A stretch of 64,000 bases of DNA from assembly GCA_965217865.1 (NCBI GenBank), contig CBDCJO010000002.1, forward strand, positions 4,768,001-4,832,000. Direction: 5' to 3'. Each line of letters begins with the position of its first letter. Position 1 is the first letter of the stretch. Positions 51,009 through 60,892 of this stretch are shown here, piece after piece. A program made the position numbers and the translations under genes. The notes beneath the pieces are model-generated. The model was not told the origin of the DNA. It worked only from the letters and a program-made list of their open reading frames with translations, and ran no database searches. The DNA comes from Candidatus Latescibacterota bacterium. GTDB lineage: Bacteria > Latescibacterota > UBA2968 > SICM01.

Positions 51009-54000
51009 ATGAATTTAGTCGGGAAGAAGATTAAACACTTCGAGGTAAAGGAACTCATCGGTCGAGGGGCGATGGGCTCCGTCTATCGGGCTTACGACAA
51101 ATCGCTGGAACGCGATGTCGCCATCAAATTCCTTTCGTCCGAAACCCTCCCCGCTTCTCAGCAGATCGAACGGTTCTATAGGGAAGCAAAGGCGGCGGCC
51201 GGTCTTGTCCATCCGAATGTGATCGTCATTCACGATGTGGGTAAATTCGAGGGTACGTGTTACTTCGTGATGGAGCTTCTCCCCGGGAACTCTTTGCGGG
51301 ATATGATCCGGGAGGGCAGAAGGCCGGACTGGAAAGAAGGCCTTAAGATTATTGATCAAGTCTGTCGCGCCCTCGAAGCGGCTCATCGGTTGGGGCTCCT
51401 TCACCGGGACATCAAGGCGGACAATGTTTGGTTGATGCCCGATGGACATTGTAAGGTACTCGATTTTGGCATTGTACGTTTTTCGGCCGCCCAGTCGCTG
51501 ACCAGGACAGGGGAGACCCTGGGCACCCCGGAGTATATGGCCCCCGAACAGATTATGGGGGATCAGCTGGACGATCGGGCAGATGTATATGCCGTGGGGA
51601 TTCTTATGTACGAGCTGTTTACCGGGCAGCTTCCTTTCTACGGTCCGAATGCCGTTACCGTGATCTATAAACAGATGGAAGAGGATCCGACCCCGCCGGG
51701 AAAGCTTTCGAATGACATTCCCGAGGCCGTAGAAAAAATTATCCTCAAGGCCATGAACAAGGATCCCGGGCAGCGGTATCCCTCCGCCAAGCAGATGAGG
51801 ATTGAAATCGAAGCCATACTTGAAGGCCGGCCGATAGAGTCTGAATTCAAAGGGGATCCAGAATCTCTTACGGCGGAAAAAAAGCCAGGCTTGAAAGAGA
51901 AGGGGGGCGGACGCTTCGAATGCCGACTCGTGGGAAGAGAAGATGAAATGAAGGCGTTGAAAGCGTCATTTGATATTCGTGAGGGGGATCAGCGGCCGGT
52001 GGTTCTGATAGGCGGAGAGGCCGGGATCGGAAAGACACGATTGTCCATGGAAGCCCTCGATTACGCGCGCAGGAAAGGATTTTTAACCCTCCAGGGGTCC
52101 TGCCTTTTCACGGAAGGACCGGAACCCTACCTTCCTTTCATCGAGGCCATCGGTCAGTATCTGGAATCAAGAGATGAGGGAGAACATCAGAGATTGGACA
52201 AATTTATCAGGGACGAGGCTCCAGAGCTGAAGGAGTTGATCCCCCGCTTTAGGACGATGATCCGCACCCGACGCACGATGAGTTTGATCCATCCCGATAA
52301 AACGATCGCCACATCAAGGGAACGTCTTTTCGAAGCCATCACGCAAGTGCTTTTATTTCTCTCCCGGGGAACCCCGGTTTGTCTCCTTCTCGAGGACCTT
52401 CAATGGGCGGACAGCGGAAGTCTGCAGCTCCTGTATTATATCGGACGAACCGCCAAGGCGCAATCCATGATCATCCTGGGTACTTACCGGGTCGAGGATC
52501 TGATTCCTGACACCGATGGAACCCCCCATTCCCTCTTAGAGACGATGCAGCGAATGAGCAGGGAGGAGATCTTTCGGAAAATTGAATTGAAGGGATTGGG
52601 TTTTGAAGCGACGAATTTACTGGTAAGGTTCATTTTCAGGAGGAATATGTTTTCCGCCGGATTCCGGGCTTCTCTCTACAAAGAGACCAGCGGAAATCCC
52701 CTTTTCATTATCGAAGTGTTAAAGCTCCTGCGAGACGATGGCGTCATCTCCGAAAGGAAAGGGATCTGGCGGGAACGGCGGGAGATAACATCAGGTGACA
52801 TTCCGGAGAGGGTCTATGACGTTGTCGTCCGACGAGTGGAACGCCTGAATGAAGATGACAGGGAGTTGCTTCAGATTGCAGCCGTTGCCGGAGATAAATT
52901 CACTTCACAAGCCCTTACGAATGTCTCGGAAATGAAACGCCTCAACGTGCTTAAAGCCTTGAATAGGCTTGAACGAGCTTATCAGCTTATCGGTTCCGAG
53001 GGCCAGGCTTACGGTTTCACGCATCCGAAGACACGAGAGGTCCTCTATGAAGAAATCTCACCCGAACTTCGGAGGGAATATCATCTGGCTTTCGGTACTT
53101 ACTTGGAGGGGGGGGCAGTCGGGAAAAAGAGGGAATTGGTGGTCGACCTGGCTCGACACTTCTATTATGGGGGCGCCTTCAAAAAAGCCACACCCTACCT
53201 GATCCGTGCGGGGGATCGGGCAGGAGGGGTGTTCGCGTATCCCGAAGCCCGCAATTTCTTCGAGTGGGCCCTGGAGACTCTAGGAGATGGTGATTCAGAT
53301 AAGCGGAATAATCTGGAGTGTTCTCTTCATTACCGCCTCGGGGATATCTACAATCGCCTTGGGGATACTCAAAAAGGGTTAAGTCATCTGAAAATTTCCG
53401 AGGATTTGGCAAAACAAAAAGATGATTTTCGGATGGAAGCCCAGGTTCAACAGCGGATGGGTCATATTTTTTTTCGATCGGGAGGGTATGATCGGGCAAC
53501 CGAGCGATACGAAAAAAGCGCGGACAACTTCCGACGAATAGATGACCGGGAAGCCTTATGCCGGGTGCTCGTCGACGCGGCTAAGATCCCGTTCGAGCAG
53601 GGGGACTGGAAGGGGGTAAAGGCCTACTACACCCCGGCACTCCGGATCGCCCGGCAGGTGGGGGATCGAAGCCAGATGGCCATCATTTACATGAATTCCG
53701 GCATCATGGCCAGTATCCAAGGCGAGTTGGAACGGGCACTGCATCGCTATGGAAAAAGCAGGAAGATTTTCGAGGAGTTGAAAGAATGGCGAAACCTGGC
53801 AAGACTCTGGCTCAACCAGGGATGGTCCCTTGCGGGCCGGAAAGAATGGGGTAAAGCGAGAGAGGCTTATCATCATGCCCTTAAGATATCTAAAAAAACG
53901 AGAGATATTTTCAGTGAGTCAGAGTGCTATCTCAATGTGGCGGAGGTTTTGCTAGCTACGTCGGATCTGAAAGGATCCAAAAAGGCCTGTTTGAAGGCGC

Positions 54001-54338
54001 TTGAGATCTTCGAAAAGGTGAATGACCAGTTATGTATTGCGGATGTCTTTAAAACCTTGGGTCAGGTGGCGACCGTCGAGCGAAAGTGGGAAGAGGGCCA
54101 TTCTTACTTCAAGAAAAGCATCTCCGTAAATGAGTCCCTTAAAAATCTTCTGGGGGCGGGAGGGGCCCATATGGAATATTCACGGATGCTCAAAGGTCTT
54201 GGAAACCTCGATGGGGCATTGACCGAACTGGAAAGATCGATGACATGCTTTCAAACCATCAATGCCAAAGAAGATCTAAAAATTGCGGAGGAATTAAAAA
54301 AAGAGGTGGAGGCCCTTCACTATCTTGCTCAGCCTTGA
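51009..54338 (+). CDS. Ser/Thr kinase - AAA/STAND-like ATPase - TPR protein
   Basis: Kinase: GRGAMG, VAIK, HRDIK, DFG, GTPEYMAPE. ATPase: GEAGIGKT, LLLEDLQWAD, GNPLFI. C-terminal TPR array. Confidence 0.92.
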   Translation: MNLVGKKIKHFEVKELIGRGAMGSVYRAYDKSLERDVAIKFLSSETLPASQQIERFYREAKAAAGLVHPNVIVIHDVGKFEGTCYFVMELLPGNSLRDMIREGRRPDWKEGLKIIDQVCRALEAAHRLGLLHRDIKADNVWLMPDGHCKVLDFGIVRFSAAQSLTRTGETLGTPEYMAPEQIMGDQLDDRADVYAVGILMYELFTGQLPFYGPNAVTVIYKQMEEDPTPPGKLSNDIPEAVEKIILKAMNKDPGQRYPSAKQMRIEIEAILEGRPIESEFKGDPESLTAEKKPGLKEKGGGRFECRLVGREDEMKALKASFDIREGDQRPVVLIGGEAGIGKTRLSMEALDYARRKGFLTLQGSCLFTEGPEPYLPFIEAIGQYLESRDEGEHQRLDKFIRDEAPELKELIPRFRTMIRTRRTMSLIHPDKTIATSRERLFEAITQVLLFLSRGTPVCLLLEDLQWADSGSLQLLYYIGRTAKAQSMIILGTYRVEDLIPDTDGTPHSLLETMQRMSREEIFRKIELKGLGFEATNLLVRFIFRRNMFSAGFRASLYKETSGNPLFIIEVLKLLRDDGVISERKGIWRERREITSGDIPERVYDVVVRRVERLNEDDRELLQIAAVAGDKFTSQALTNVSEMKRLNVLKALNRLERAYQLIGSEGQAYGFTHPKTREVLYEEISPELRREYHLAFGTYLEGGAVGKKRELVVDLARHFYYGGAFKKATPYLIRAGDRAGGVFAYPEARNFFEWALETLGDGDSDKRNNLECSLHYRLGDIYNRLGDTQKGLSHLKISEDLAKQKDDFRMEAQVQQRMGHIFFRSGGYDRATERYEKSADNFRRIDDREALCRVLVDAAKIPFEQGDWKGVKAYYTPALRIARQVGDRSQMAIIYMNSGIMASIQGELERALHRYGKSRKIFEELKEWRNLARLWLNQGWSLAGRKEWGKAREAYHHALKISKKTRDIFSESECYLNVAEVLLATSDLKGSKKACLKALEIFEKVNDQLCIADVFKTLGQVATVERKWEEGHSYFKKSISVNESLKNLLGAGGAHMEYSRMLKGLGNLDGALTELERSMTCFQTINAKEDLKIAEELKKEVEALHYLAQP

Positions 54339-54414
54339 GAAGGCGCTCCGTCCGATGTGGAATTGAGAGAAAGGAATTTAATGTTTTCGCAAAAACCCGT
54401 CGGGGGGTAACGGA

Positions 54415-55431
54415 ATGGATGAGAAGAAAAATAAAGATCTGGAATCCCGGGTCTCGGTATTGGAGCTTGAGCGGGCGGCCATGCTGGATGAGCTTGAGGC
54501 TGTCTATGTTCAGATGGAAGAACATTTGTCCGCTGCAAGGCTTGAACGCGAGATCGCATATCAAGGCTTGAGGGAACGGAACCTGGAGCTGGAGCAACGC
54601 CTTACCGAGCTGAAGAAGGCGCTTCACGATCTCCAGGAGACACAGCAGATGCTGATCCGTTCCGCACGCCTCGCCGCAATGGGCGAGATGGCCGCGGCAA
54701 TGGTTCACGAGGTCAGAAATCCGCTATCCGTTATCATCGGAAGCGCTGAACTTTTAAGGATGGGAGGCGGGGATCCTCAGAAAGATCTGGAACGCCTCCT
54801 GAAAGCGAGCCAATACCTCAGAGACCTATCGCACAATATCCTCCAGTTTTCTCGTCATCATCGAGGGAAGGCCAGCGACCTCGATCTCAATGGCCTTATC
54901 GCTAAACTAGAAGCCCTTGTCAAACCGCTTTTCAAGACTGTGGAGCTTCGATTGGCCCTCAGGGGTGGCCTTCCCCGGGTCCGGGTCGATCCCAACCAGA
55001 TCGAACAGGTCATCATGAACCTGATCCTCAACGCGCTGGACGCGGTGGGAGACAGGGGTCGTATACAGGTGGGAACCGGAACGGGTTCGATCCAAACTGC
55101 GGTGGCGGAAGAGATCCGGACCGGCCGATATTGGGCCCTCGCGGTCGAGACCGACGAGGAGGTCCAGGCCGCAGAATGTGTATATGCAGAGGTTCAGGAC
55201 AATGGACCCGGAATCCACAAAGCTCATATGACCCGTCTCTTTGAATCCTTTTTCACGACAAAAGGTGAGGAAAAGGGGACCGGTCTGGGCCTCTCGATTT
55301 CCAGGACGATCCTGTCGGAGTTGGGGGGGAACATTCTGGTCGCGTCTTCGGAAGGAAGCGGTACGACCTTCAAGGTGTTTTTACCTTGTTTGGAGGATAA
55401 GGACGAGAGTGGAACCGAGCGAGATGAGTAA
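54415..55431 (+). CDS. Cytoplasmic histidine kinase (coiled coil plus HisKA/HATPase, no sensor domain)
   Basis: HEVRNPL, NLILNALDA, DNGPGI, FFTTK and GTGLGL motifs; no TM segment. Confidence 0.92.
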   Translation: MDEKKNKDLESRVSVLELERAAMLDELEAVYVQMEEHLSAARLEREIAYQGLRERNLELEQRLTELKKALHDLQETQQMLIRSARLAAMGEMAAAMVHEVRNPLSVIIGSAELLRMGGGDPQKDLERLLKASQYLRDLSHNILQFSRHHRGKASDLDLNGLIAKLEALVKPLFKTVELRLALRGGLPRVRVDPNQIEQVIMNLILNALDAVGDRGRIQVGTGTGSIQTAVAEEIRTGRYWALAVETDEEVQAAECVYAEVQDNGPGIHKAHMTRLFESFFTTKGEEKGTGLGLSISRTILSELGGNILVASSEGSGTTFKVFLPCLEDKDESGTERDE

Positions 55432-55975
55432 GCCGGAAAAAAATAAAAGCGTCTTGATTGTCGATAACGATCGGGATGTCAGAGATATCTTGCAAGGGCT
55501 TATCACACACCAGGGTCACGATGTGCTGACCGCCCAGCGGGCTTCGGATGCCGCCAAGATCATCGGCAGCAAGCCCGTCGATCTCCTTCTGCTGGATATT
55601 CGAATGCCGGGGCCTCACGGACATCACCTGCTCACTTATCTGAAGAAAAGAAATAAAAACGTCCCTCCCACGATTGTCGTTTCCGGTTTTCTAGAGGAGG
55701 AATTGATTCCGGAATTGATCCGGTTGGGAGTCAACGGTATCGTTGCCAAACCATTTGACCCCAAACGCCTTTGTGAAGAGATCGGCCTTGCGTTGGAGGG
55801 GGTATCTGAGGAGATTCAGATTTGCGCACAATGTGGTCAGTCCACCAAAGCGGGTGATCGGTTCTGCAGGAGATGCGGTAAAGAGATTGTCTTCAACAGG
55901 AAGTGCAAAAGTTGCGATAAGGAATACCAGGAGGGTGACCTGTTCTGTGGGGGATGTGGATTGAAACTCCGATAA
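55424..55975 (+). CDS. Response regulator with C-terminal double zinc ribbon
   Basis: LIVDND, LLLDIRMPG, KPF, then four pairs of CxxC-type motifs. Confidence 0.88.
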   Translation: MSKPEKNKSVLIVDNDRDVRDILQGLITHQGHDVLTAQRASDAAKIIGSKPVDLLLLDIRMPGPHGHHLLTYLKKRNKNVPPTIVVSGFLEEELIPELIRLGVNGIVAKPFDPKRLCEEIGLALEGVSEEIQICAQCGQSTKAGDRFCRRCGKEIVFNRKCKSCDKEYQEGDLFCGGCGLKLR

Positions 55976-56010
55976 TGGAGATTGGGGGATCTTTTTATGA
56001 GGATTATCTC

Positions 56011-56307
56011 ATGACATATTGTCCTCGTTGCAGTTCAGAGCACGAACCGGAAGATCTTTACTGTCCTCAGTGCGGGCAGCGACTCTCTTCCTACGATTCA
56101 AAAGAGGGGCCGATCGGCACCCAGAGAACAATGGAGTTGTACGGGGTGCAGTACAGGCTGGGAATCGTATACTTTAAGAAGGGAGACTACGGTCGTGCTT
56201 TGGAGGTATGGGAAAGGGCCCTCAGGGAGCGGCCCAATGACGAGGAACTAAAGAATTTGATCCGGGATGCCAGGAACCGTCAGGATAAGGCGGGAGGTAA
56301 ACCATGA
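56011..56307 (+). CDS. Zinc ribbon plus TPR protein
   Basis: CPRC...CPQCG; YRLGIVYFKKGDYGRALEVWERAL. Confidence 0.8.
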   Translation: MTYCPRCSSEHEPEDLYCPQCGQRLSSYDSKEGPIGTQRTMELYGVQYRLGIVYFKKGDYGRALEVWERALRERPNDEELKNLIRDARNRQDKAGGKP

Positions 56308-56681
56308 TTCTCTGTGTACACTGCGGGAAGCAGAATAAGAACAACAATCAATTTTGTACATCCTGTGGCTCCAGGTTGACCGAAGATGGTTGTCTGGTAG
56401 CACGCCTTGTGATGCTGAGCGAGGAGCGCTCAAGAGAGTATCTTGTCTCGGATGCGGAACGTTTTGTCGGCCGGGATTCCTCCAACGATATCGTCCTCGA
56501 CGATGACAAGGCCTCCGGACGCCATATGAAAGTCGCGTGTGTCGAAGGAGGTTTTTGGGTGGAGGATCTTGGAGCCACAAACGGGACCTACGTGAATGGG
56601 GAAAGAATCCAGGGCCCGACGAAGTTAAAAAATGAAGATCTGGTGAAAGTCGGAAGGACAATTTTCAAGTTTGTCATCTGA
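56304..56681 (+). CDS. Zinc ribbon plus FHA domain protein
   Basis: CVHCG...CTSCG; VGR...SGRH...DLGATNGTYVNG. Confidence 0.9.
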   Translation: MILCVHCGKQNKNNNQFCTSCGSRLTEDGCLVARLVMLSEERSREYLVSDAERFVGRDSSNDIVLDDDKASGRHMKVACVEGGFWVEDLGATNGTYVNGERIQGPTKLKNEDLVKVGRTIFKFVI

Positions 56682-56747
56682 ATCCGATCGAAAGTTGAAA
56701 GGTCCTAACTTCCTCCGGTTTCCGGAGATTCAGGACAGAGGTGGGAG

Positions 56748-58199
56748 ATGTCCAAGAGCGTAATGGTCATCGATGACGACCCGACGTTGTGCAAATTGCT
56801 CGTTCGAATATTGAGCCAGCTGGATTATCGTATCCGGACAGCCTGCTCCGGGGAGAAAGGCCTTGAGATGTGTGAGGAAGAGATGCCCAATGTGGTCCTT
56901 CTTGACCTCAGCCTTCCGGGGGTTAGCGGAATGGAGACTTTGCGCCGGATCAAGGAGATGGACGGGGCATGCCGGGTGGTGATGATTACGGGCTACGCCA
57001 CGGTCCCATCAGCAGTGGAGGCCATGAAGATCGGAGCGGAGGATTATATAACCAAACCGTTTCTTCATGAGGACCTCCGCGCCCTGGTGGCAGAGCTGGT
57101 TGAACAGTCATCTTCCGGTAAAACGGAAAAGGGAAGGGGGCTGGATTTTATCCTGGGCGAGAGCCCGTCGATGGAAAAGGTCTTTGAGATCATCCATCGT
57201 GTATCTCGGACGTCCGCCACCGTGTTGATCGCAGGGGAGAGCGGTACGAGAAAAGAACTGGTGGCTCAGGCCATTCATCAGAACAGCCAGCAGAAGGATA
57301 AACCGTTCTTGTCGATCAACTCGGCTTCCATTCCTGCCAACCTTCTGGAAGCGGAGTTGTTTGGATATGAAAAAGGCGCATTCACCGATGCGAAAAAACA
57401 GAAGAAGGGTTTGGTTGAGATCGCAGAAAGGGGTTCGCTTTTCCTGGACGAAATCGGACTGATGCCAAAAGACCTGCAGGGAAAGATCCTTACCGTTCTG
57501 GAGACCGGGGGATTTCGACGGTTGGGCGGTACTGAAGAACTCGTATCGGATGCCCGGTTCATCGCTGCGACCAACCGCGACCTGGCTGAGGCCGTTAATA
57601 TTGGAGAGTTCAGGGAGGATCTCTACTATCGTCTGAACGTTATCCCCATCCACATCCCTCCGCTCCGTGAAAGGGGGGACGACATCCTCCTTCTCGCTCG
57701 CCATTTCCTGGAGGAATCGGGCCGGCGCTATGGGGTCCCCTACAGGGGGCTGTCTGCAGAGGCCGAGGCTTTGTTGAAAACCTACCCCTGGGGAGGGAAC
57801 GTACGTGAGCTTAAGAATGTGATCGAACGCGCAGTGTTGTTGACGGATGGTCCCACGATTGACGGACCGAACCTTTCCATCGACCGGCGCGAAAGCCCAT
57901 CCAGCCCAGACCGGATCGAGCCCATCGAGGTCTCGGATGTTGGTTTAATCCGCATCTCCTTCCCGCCCTGGGGGCTCCCTGTGGATGATCTGGAAGCACA
58001 GGTTATAAAAGAGGCCTTGAATCAAACGGAGGGAAATATTTCACGGGCTGCGAAACTTCTGCATCTCAGCCGTTACGCCCTCCGATACCGAATGAAAAAG
58101 GTCCGGAAGGCGGAACTCGCCATTGCCTTTGGAAGACACAAAGGTGCTTATCTTGAAAGATGCCCAACCGGAGAACTGCGTACTTCAAGTACCGGTTAA
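56748..58199 (+). CDS. Sigma54-dependent response regulator (NtrC family)
   Basis: REC domain, ELFGYEKGAFTDA, FLDEIG, FREDLYYRL, GNVRELKN and Fis-type HTH; Walker A reads GESGTRKE. Confidence 0.93.
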   Translation: MSKSVMVIDDDPTLCKLLVRILSQLDYRIRTACSGEKGLEMCEEEMPNVVLLDLSLPGVSGMETLRRIKEMDGACRVVMITGYATVPSAVEAMKIGAEDYITKPFLHEDLRALVAELVEQSSSGKTEKGRGLDFILGESPSMEKVFEIIHRVSRTSATVLIAGESGTRKELVAQAIHQNSQQKDKPFLSINSASIPANLLEAELFGYEKGAFTDAKKQKKGLVEIAERGSLFLDEIGLMPKDLQGKILTVLETGGFRRLGGTEELVSDARFIAATNRDLAEAVNIGEFREDLYYRLNVIPIHIPPLRERGDDILLLARHFLEESGRRYGVPYRGLSAEAEALLKTYPWGGNVRELKNVIERAVLLTDGPTIDGPNLSIDRRESPSSPDRIEPIEVSDVGLIRISFPPWGLPVDDLEAQVIKEALNQTEGNISRAAKLLHLSRYALRYRMKKVRKAELAIAFGRHKGAYLERCPTGELRTSSTG

Positions 58200-58647
58200 T
58201 CGCAGGATTGGGGAAACGGGAGGATCCTGTACCGGAGCAGGTGATACGGGATCGAACCCAATACGGTTAGTGATCCTAATTTCGGACGACGATGTGGATT
58301 CCTGCATAAGGCATCTGCCAGAAAAGTGCCTGCAGCAGTCTGACGAGTTCTCAAAATAGGGACTACAGGGTAGACCCATAGTCGGGGGGGCCGGTCGGGG
58401 AAGGTCCTGTCTACGCATCTCAAACCAAAGTTGGAGGAAAATTCCAGGGTCGATCATTATAAAAAATCCGTCAGGGATTGATTAAAGGGTATCTCACTGC
58501 AAGGAATATGCATCCACGCGTTGGCGAGAGGATGCGTTTAGAATATTCTCCTGTCGATGCAGGATCAATCCTTTTTCCGTTATCCAACCCTAAAAACGAA
58601 TGTCCCTTTTCCCCAAGGTCTCCACAGTCTTTTTAGGAGGATTTTTG

Positions 58648-59385
58648 ATGTTCGGTAACCATTACAGTCCTAAGAAAGCATTCTGTTTTATGATTACTCT
58701 GGCGGGAATTTTTCTATTCACAGGATGCGGGATTCTGAACCAAAATCCGCTTGCCCCCCCGGCCAGGGCCAAACCTCAGGCGGGAGTGAAGTCCGCTTCG
58801 AACCCGGGTCTTTTTGCGATCACATTCTCCCCCCACGGGTTGAATCCTACAACCCAGGCGACCAAGCCCTCTGGTGGGAGTTTATACACCAAGACGGCTT
58901 CGGGTTGGTTTTCTCCTGAAAGCAGCGGGGAGTTGAAAGTAAAGTTTAAATATGACGGTGATGATGACGACGACGATGGCGATGACATTTTGCGTGTTGA
59001 GAAGGCAAAGTTCAAGGTGGAGGAAGGGTCTATCGATCAGGACGTTGAGATCACGATGACCGTTCAATCCGGAACCACCCTCGAGGATGTCGGGGTCCTG
59101 TTCAGCTCCGCGGGCCAGGAATTTTATCCCTACGCCAAGCTTACTCTCTTTCTGGATGGGGAGCTTGACGAGGAGAATCTCGGTAGTATAAAGGCTTATC
59201 ATATCGAAGGGGATTCGGTAACGGAGCTTTCCGTCAAAATCTCTGAGCGCGATGATGATGAGTGGAAGATCATCGTGGAGGTTCCGGGCTTCTCCCGCTA
59301 CTCTCTGGGCGGCAACGACGCCGAACCCGGTACCGAAGAATGGGAATCAGAGGAATATGCTGAAACCTATGACGGTAGCAATTGA
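58648..59385 (+). CDS. Lipoprotein with ZU5-like domain and poly-Asp loop
   Basis: AGGAGG RBS; lipobox-like FLFTGC; GSIDQDVEITM...VPGFSRYSL. Confidence 0.65.
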   Translation: MFGNHYSPKKAFCFMITLAGIFLFTGCGILNQNPLAPPARAKPQAGVKSASNPGLFAITFSPHGLNPTTQATKPSGGSLYTKTASGWFSPESSGELKVKFKYDGDDDDDDGDDILRVEKAKFKVEEGSIDQDVEITMTVQSGTTLEDVGVLFSSAGQEFYPYAKLTLFLDGELDEENLGSIKAYHIEGDSVTELSVKISERDDDEWKIIVEVPGFSRYSLGGNDAEPGTEEWESEEYAETYDGSN

Positions 59386-59514
59386 GAAGGGTATATATTC
59401 CAAATGGGGTGTCGAATTCTACCATGAAGAATAAACAAAGTCGGGTTAAGGACCTCAAAGGTTATTTCCCTTTTCACAAAAGGTCTTTGGCTGATATCGA
59501 TAAGGAGTATCAAG

Positions 59515-60711
59515 TTGGAATATAATCCAGACATCGAATCCTTGGTACGACAGCTGACCGATTTCAACACAGAGGTGCAGGTTCAGGATCTGCTTAAAGC
59601 CGTCCTGACCGAGCCGATGCCGACCGAGGAGAGACTCCGCCAGATTGAGCGGGCCCTGGAGACCTTCAAAGAATTCGGTGTGTTGGGGAGGGATGATGGG
59701 CAGGACCTCCATCTGCTGTTCAATCTCGGGCATACCTACGAACGGCTTTCTCACCTGGAGAAGGCCCAGGAAATATACCAGACGGCCCTTCCCATCGCCG
59801 AACGGATAAAAGACGAGGGGAGTCGGGCCGCACTGTTAAACCGGGTGGGAAAAGTGCTATCTCGATGGAATCGCTGGAAGGAGGCTTTGGATCACCTGGA
59901 CAGAAGCTTTGAGCTTTACCGGGATTTGGGAGATGAACAGGGTCAAGGTCGCTCTCTGGTGAATAAAGGAATCATTTTTCACGAACAGGGAGATTATGAG
60001 TCCGCTTCTGAAGCTTACCAGATAGCGTTGGATCTCGCTCAGGGAGTCGGCGACAGGAAGACGATAGCCGATTCGAGCAACAACATGGCCGTTCTGGCCT
60101 CGATCCGGGGGGATTTTGATGATGCCATTGCGAGGTATCAAACCTGTCTGACGATGTATCAGGAGGCGAATGACAGCCTCGGATTGGCCCGAACCTATCA
60201 CAATCTGGGTATGACCCACGGGCACAAACGGGATTGGAACGCAGCAATGGATAGCTACGAACGCGGATATGATATCGCACAGGAAAAAGGTCTCCTGGAT
60301 GTGATGGCCAATATCATGTTGAGCCGAGCCGAGCTGCTGCTGGAACTCGGAGATACCGCGATCGCCGCACACTGCTCCGCCCGTGCCCTCGATATCTATA
60401 GAAAAACGGAGGATCACCTCGGCGAGGGGGACTCATATCGGCTGCTTGGCAGGTTGTTTACGGTGCGGGAGCAGTGGACCACAGCCTTAAGCCTGTTCCA
60501 GGACAGTATCCGTTTGAACGAGGAATACTCGAATCCCCTGGGGTTGGCGGAGGCCCATCGGGACATGGGGAGGATGTTCGCGGTCAGGGGACATTCGACG
60601 GAGGCCCGTGAGGCCTATGAGGTGGCCGTATCGGGGTTCCAGCAATTGGGTGCCCAGGCGGATGTGGGACAGGTCGGAAGGCTAATCGAGGAATTGAGCA
60701 ATGCCGGATAA
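59515..60711 (+). CDS. TPR repeat protein
   Basis: Repeated A..L.NLG..Y...G....A...Y..AL units; AAGGAG RBS. Confidence 0.9.
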   Translation: MEYNPDIESLVRQLTDFNTEVQVQDLLKAVLTEPMPTEERLRQIERALETFKEFGVLGRDDGQDLHLLFNLGHTYERLSHLEKAQEIYQTALPIAERIKDEGSRAALLNRVGKVLSRWNRWKEALDHLDRSFELYRDLGDEQGQGRSLVNKGIIFHEQGDYESASEAYQIALDLAQGVGDRKTIADSSNNMAVLASIRGDFDDAIARYQTCLTMYQEANDSLGLARTYHNLGMTHGHKRDWNAAMDSYERGYDIAQEKGLLDVMANIMLSRAELLLELGDTAIAAHCSARALDIYRKTEDHLGEGDSYRLLGRLFTVREQWTTALSLFQDSIRLNEEYSNPLGLAEAHRDMGRMFAVRGHSTEAREAYEVAVSGFQQLGAQADVGQVGRLIEELSNAG

Positions 60712-60784
60712 GGATGTTTTCCCCCAGGTTTTATGAACCGACTTCGGGATCTTTCGTACGCAAGGTTTATCCTGAACAAAATCG

Positions 60785-60825
60785 AACAAAAAAGCCCTCG
60801 GTACTTTGCCGAGGGCTTTTTTGTT
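60785..60825. terminator. Bidirectional rho-independent terminator
   Basis: AACAAAAAAGCCCTCGG-N7-CCGAGGGCTTTTTTGTT perfect inverted repeat. Confidence 0.85.
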
Positions 60826-60892
60826 GAATCAGGTTGTTCGTTGTCTGAGTGGGTTAGATTTTGATAAATAAGAAAGTATTATTCCTCACCCC

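Noticed and set aside
51009-54338. Avs-type anti-phage STAND NTPase
   Set aside because: The ATPase resembles the regulatory AAA_16/LAL type (EDLQWAD) and the neighbours are signalling genes rather than defence genes; a defence role is unsupported though not disproved.
58522-58535. Sigma54 promoter upstream of the ZU5-like lipoprotein (TGGCGAGAGGATGC)
   Set aside because: Spacing is GG-N9-GC rather than the required N10; worth rechecking only if an indel error is found there.
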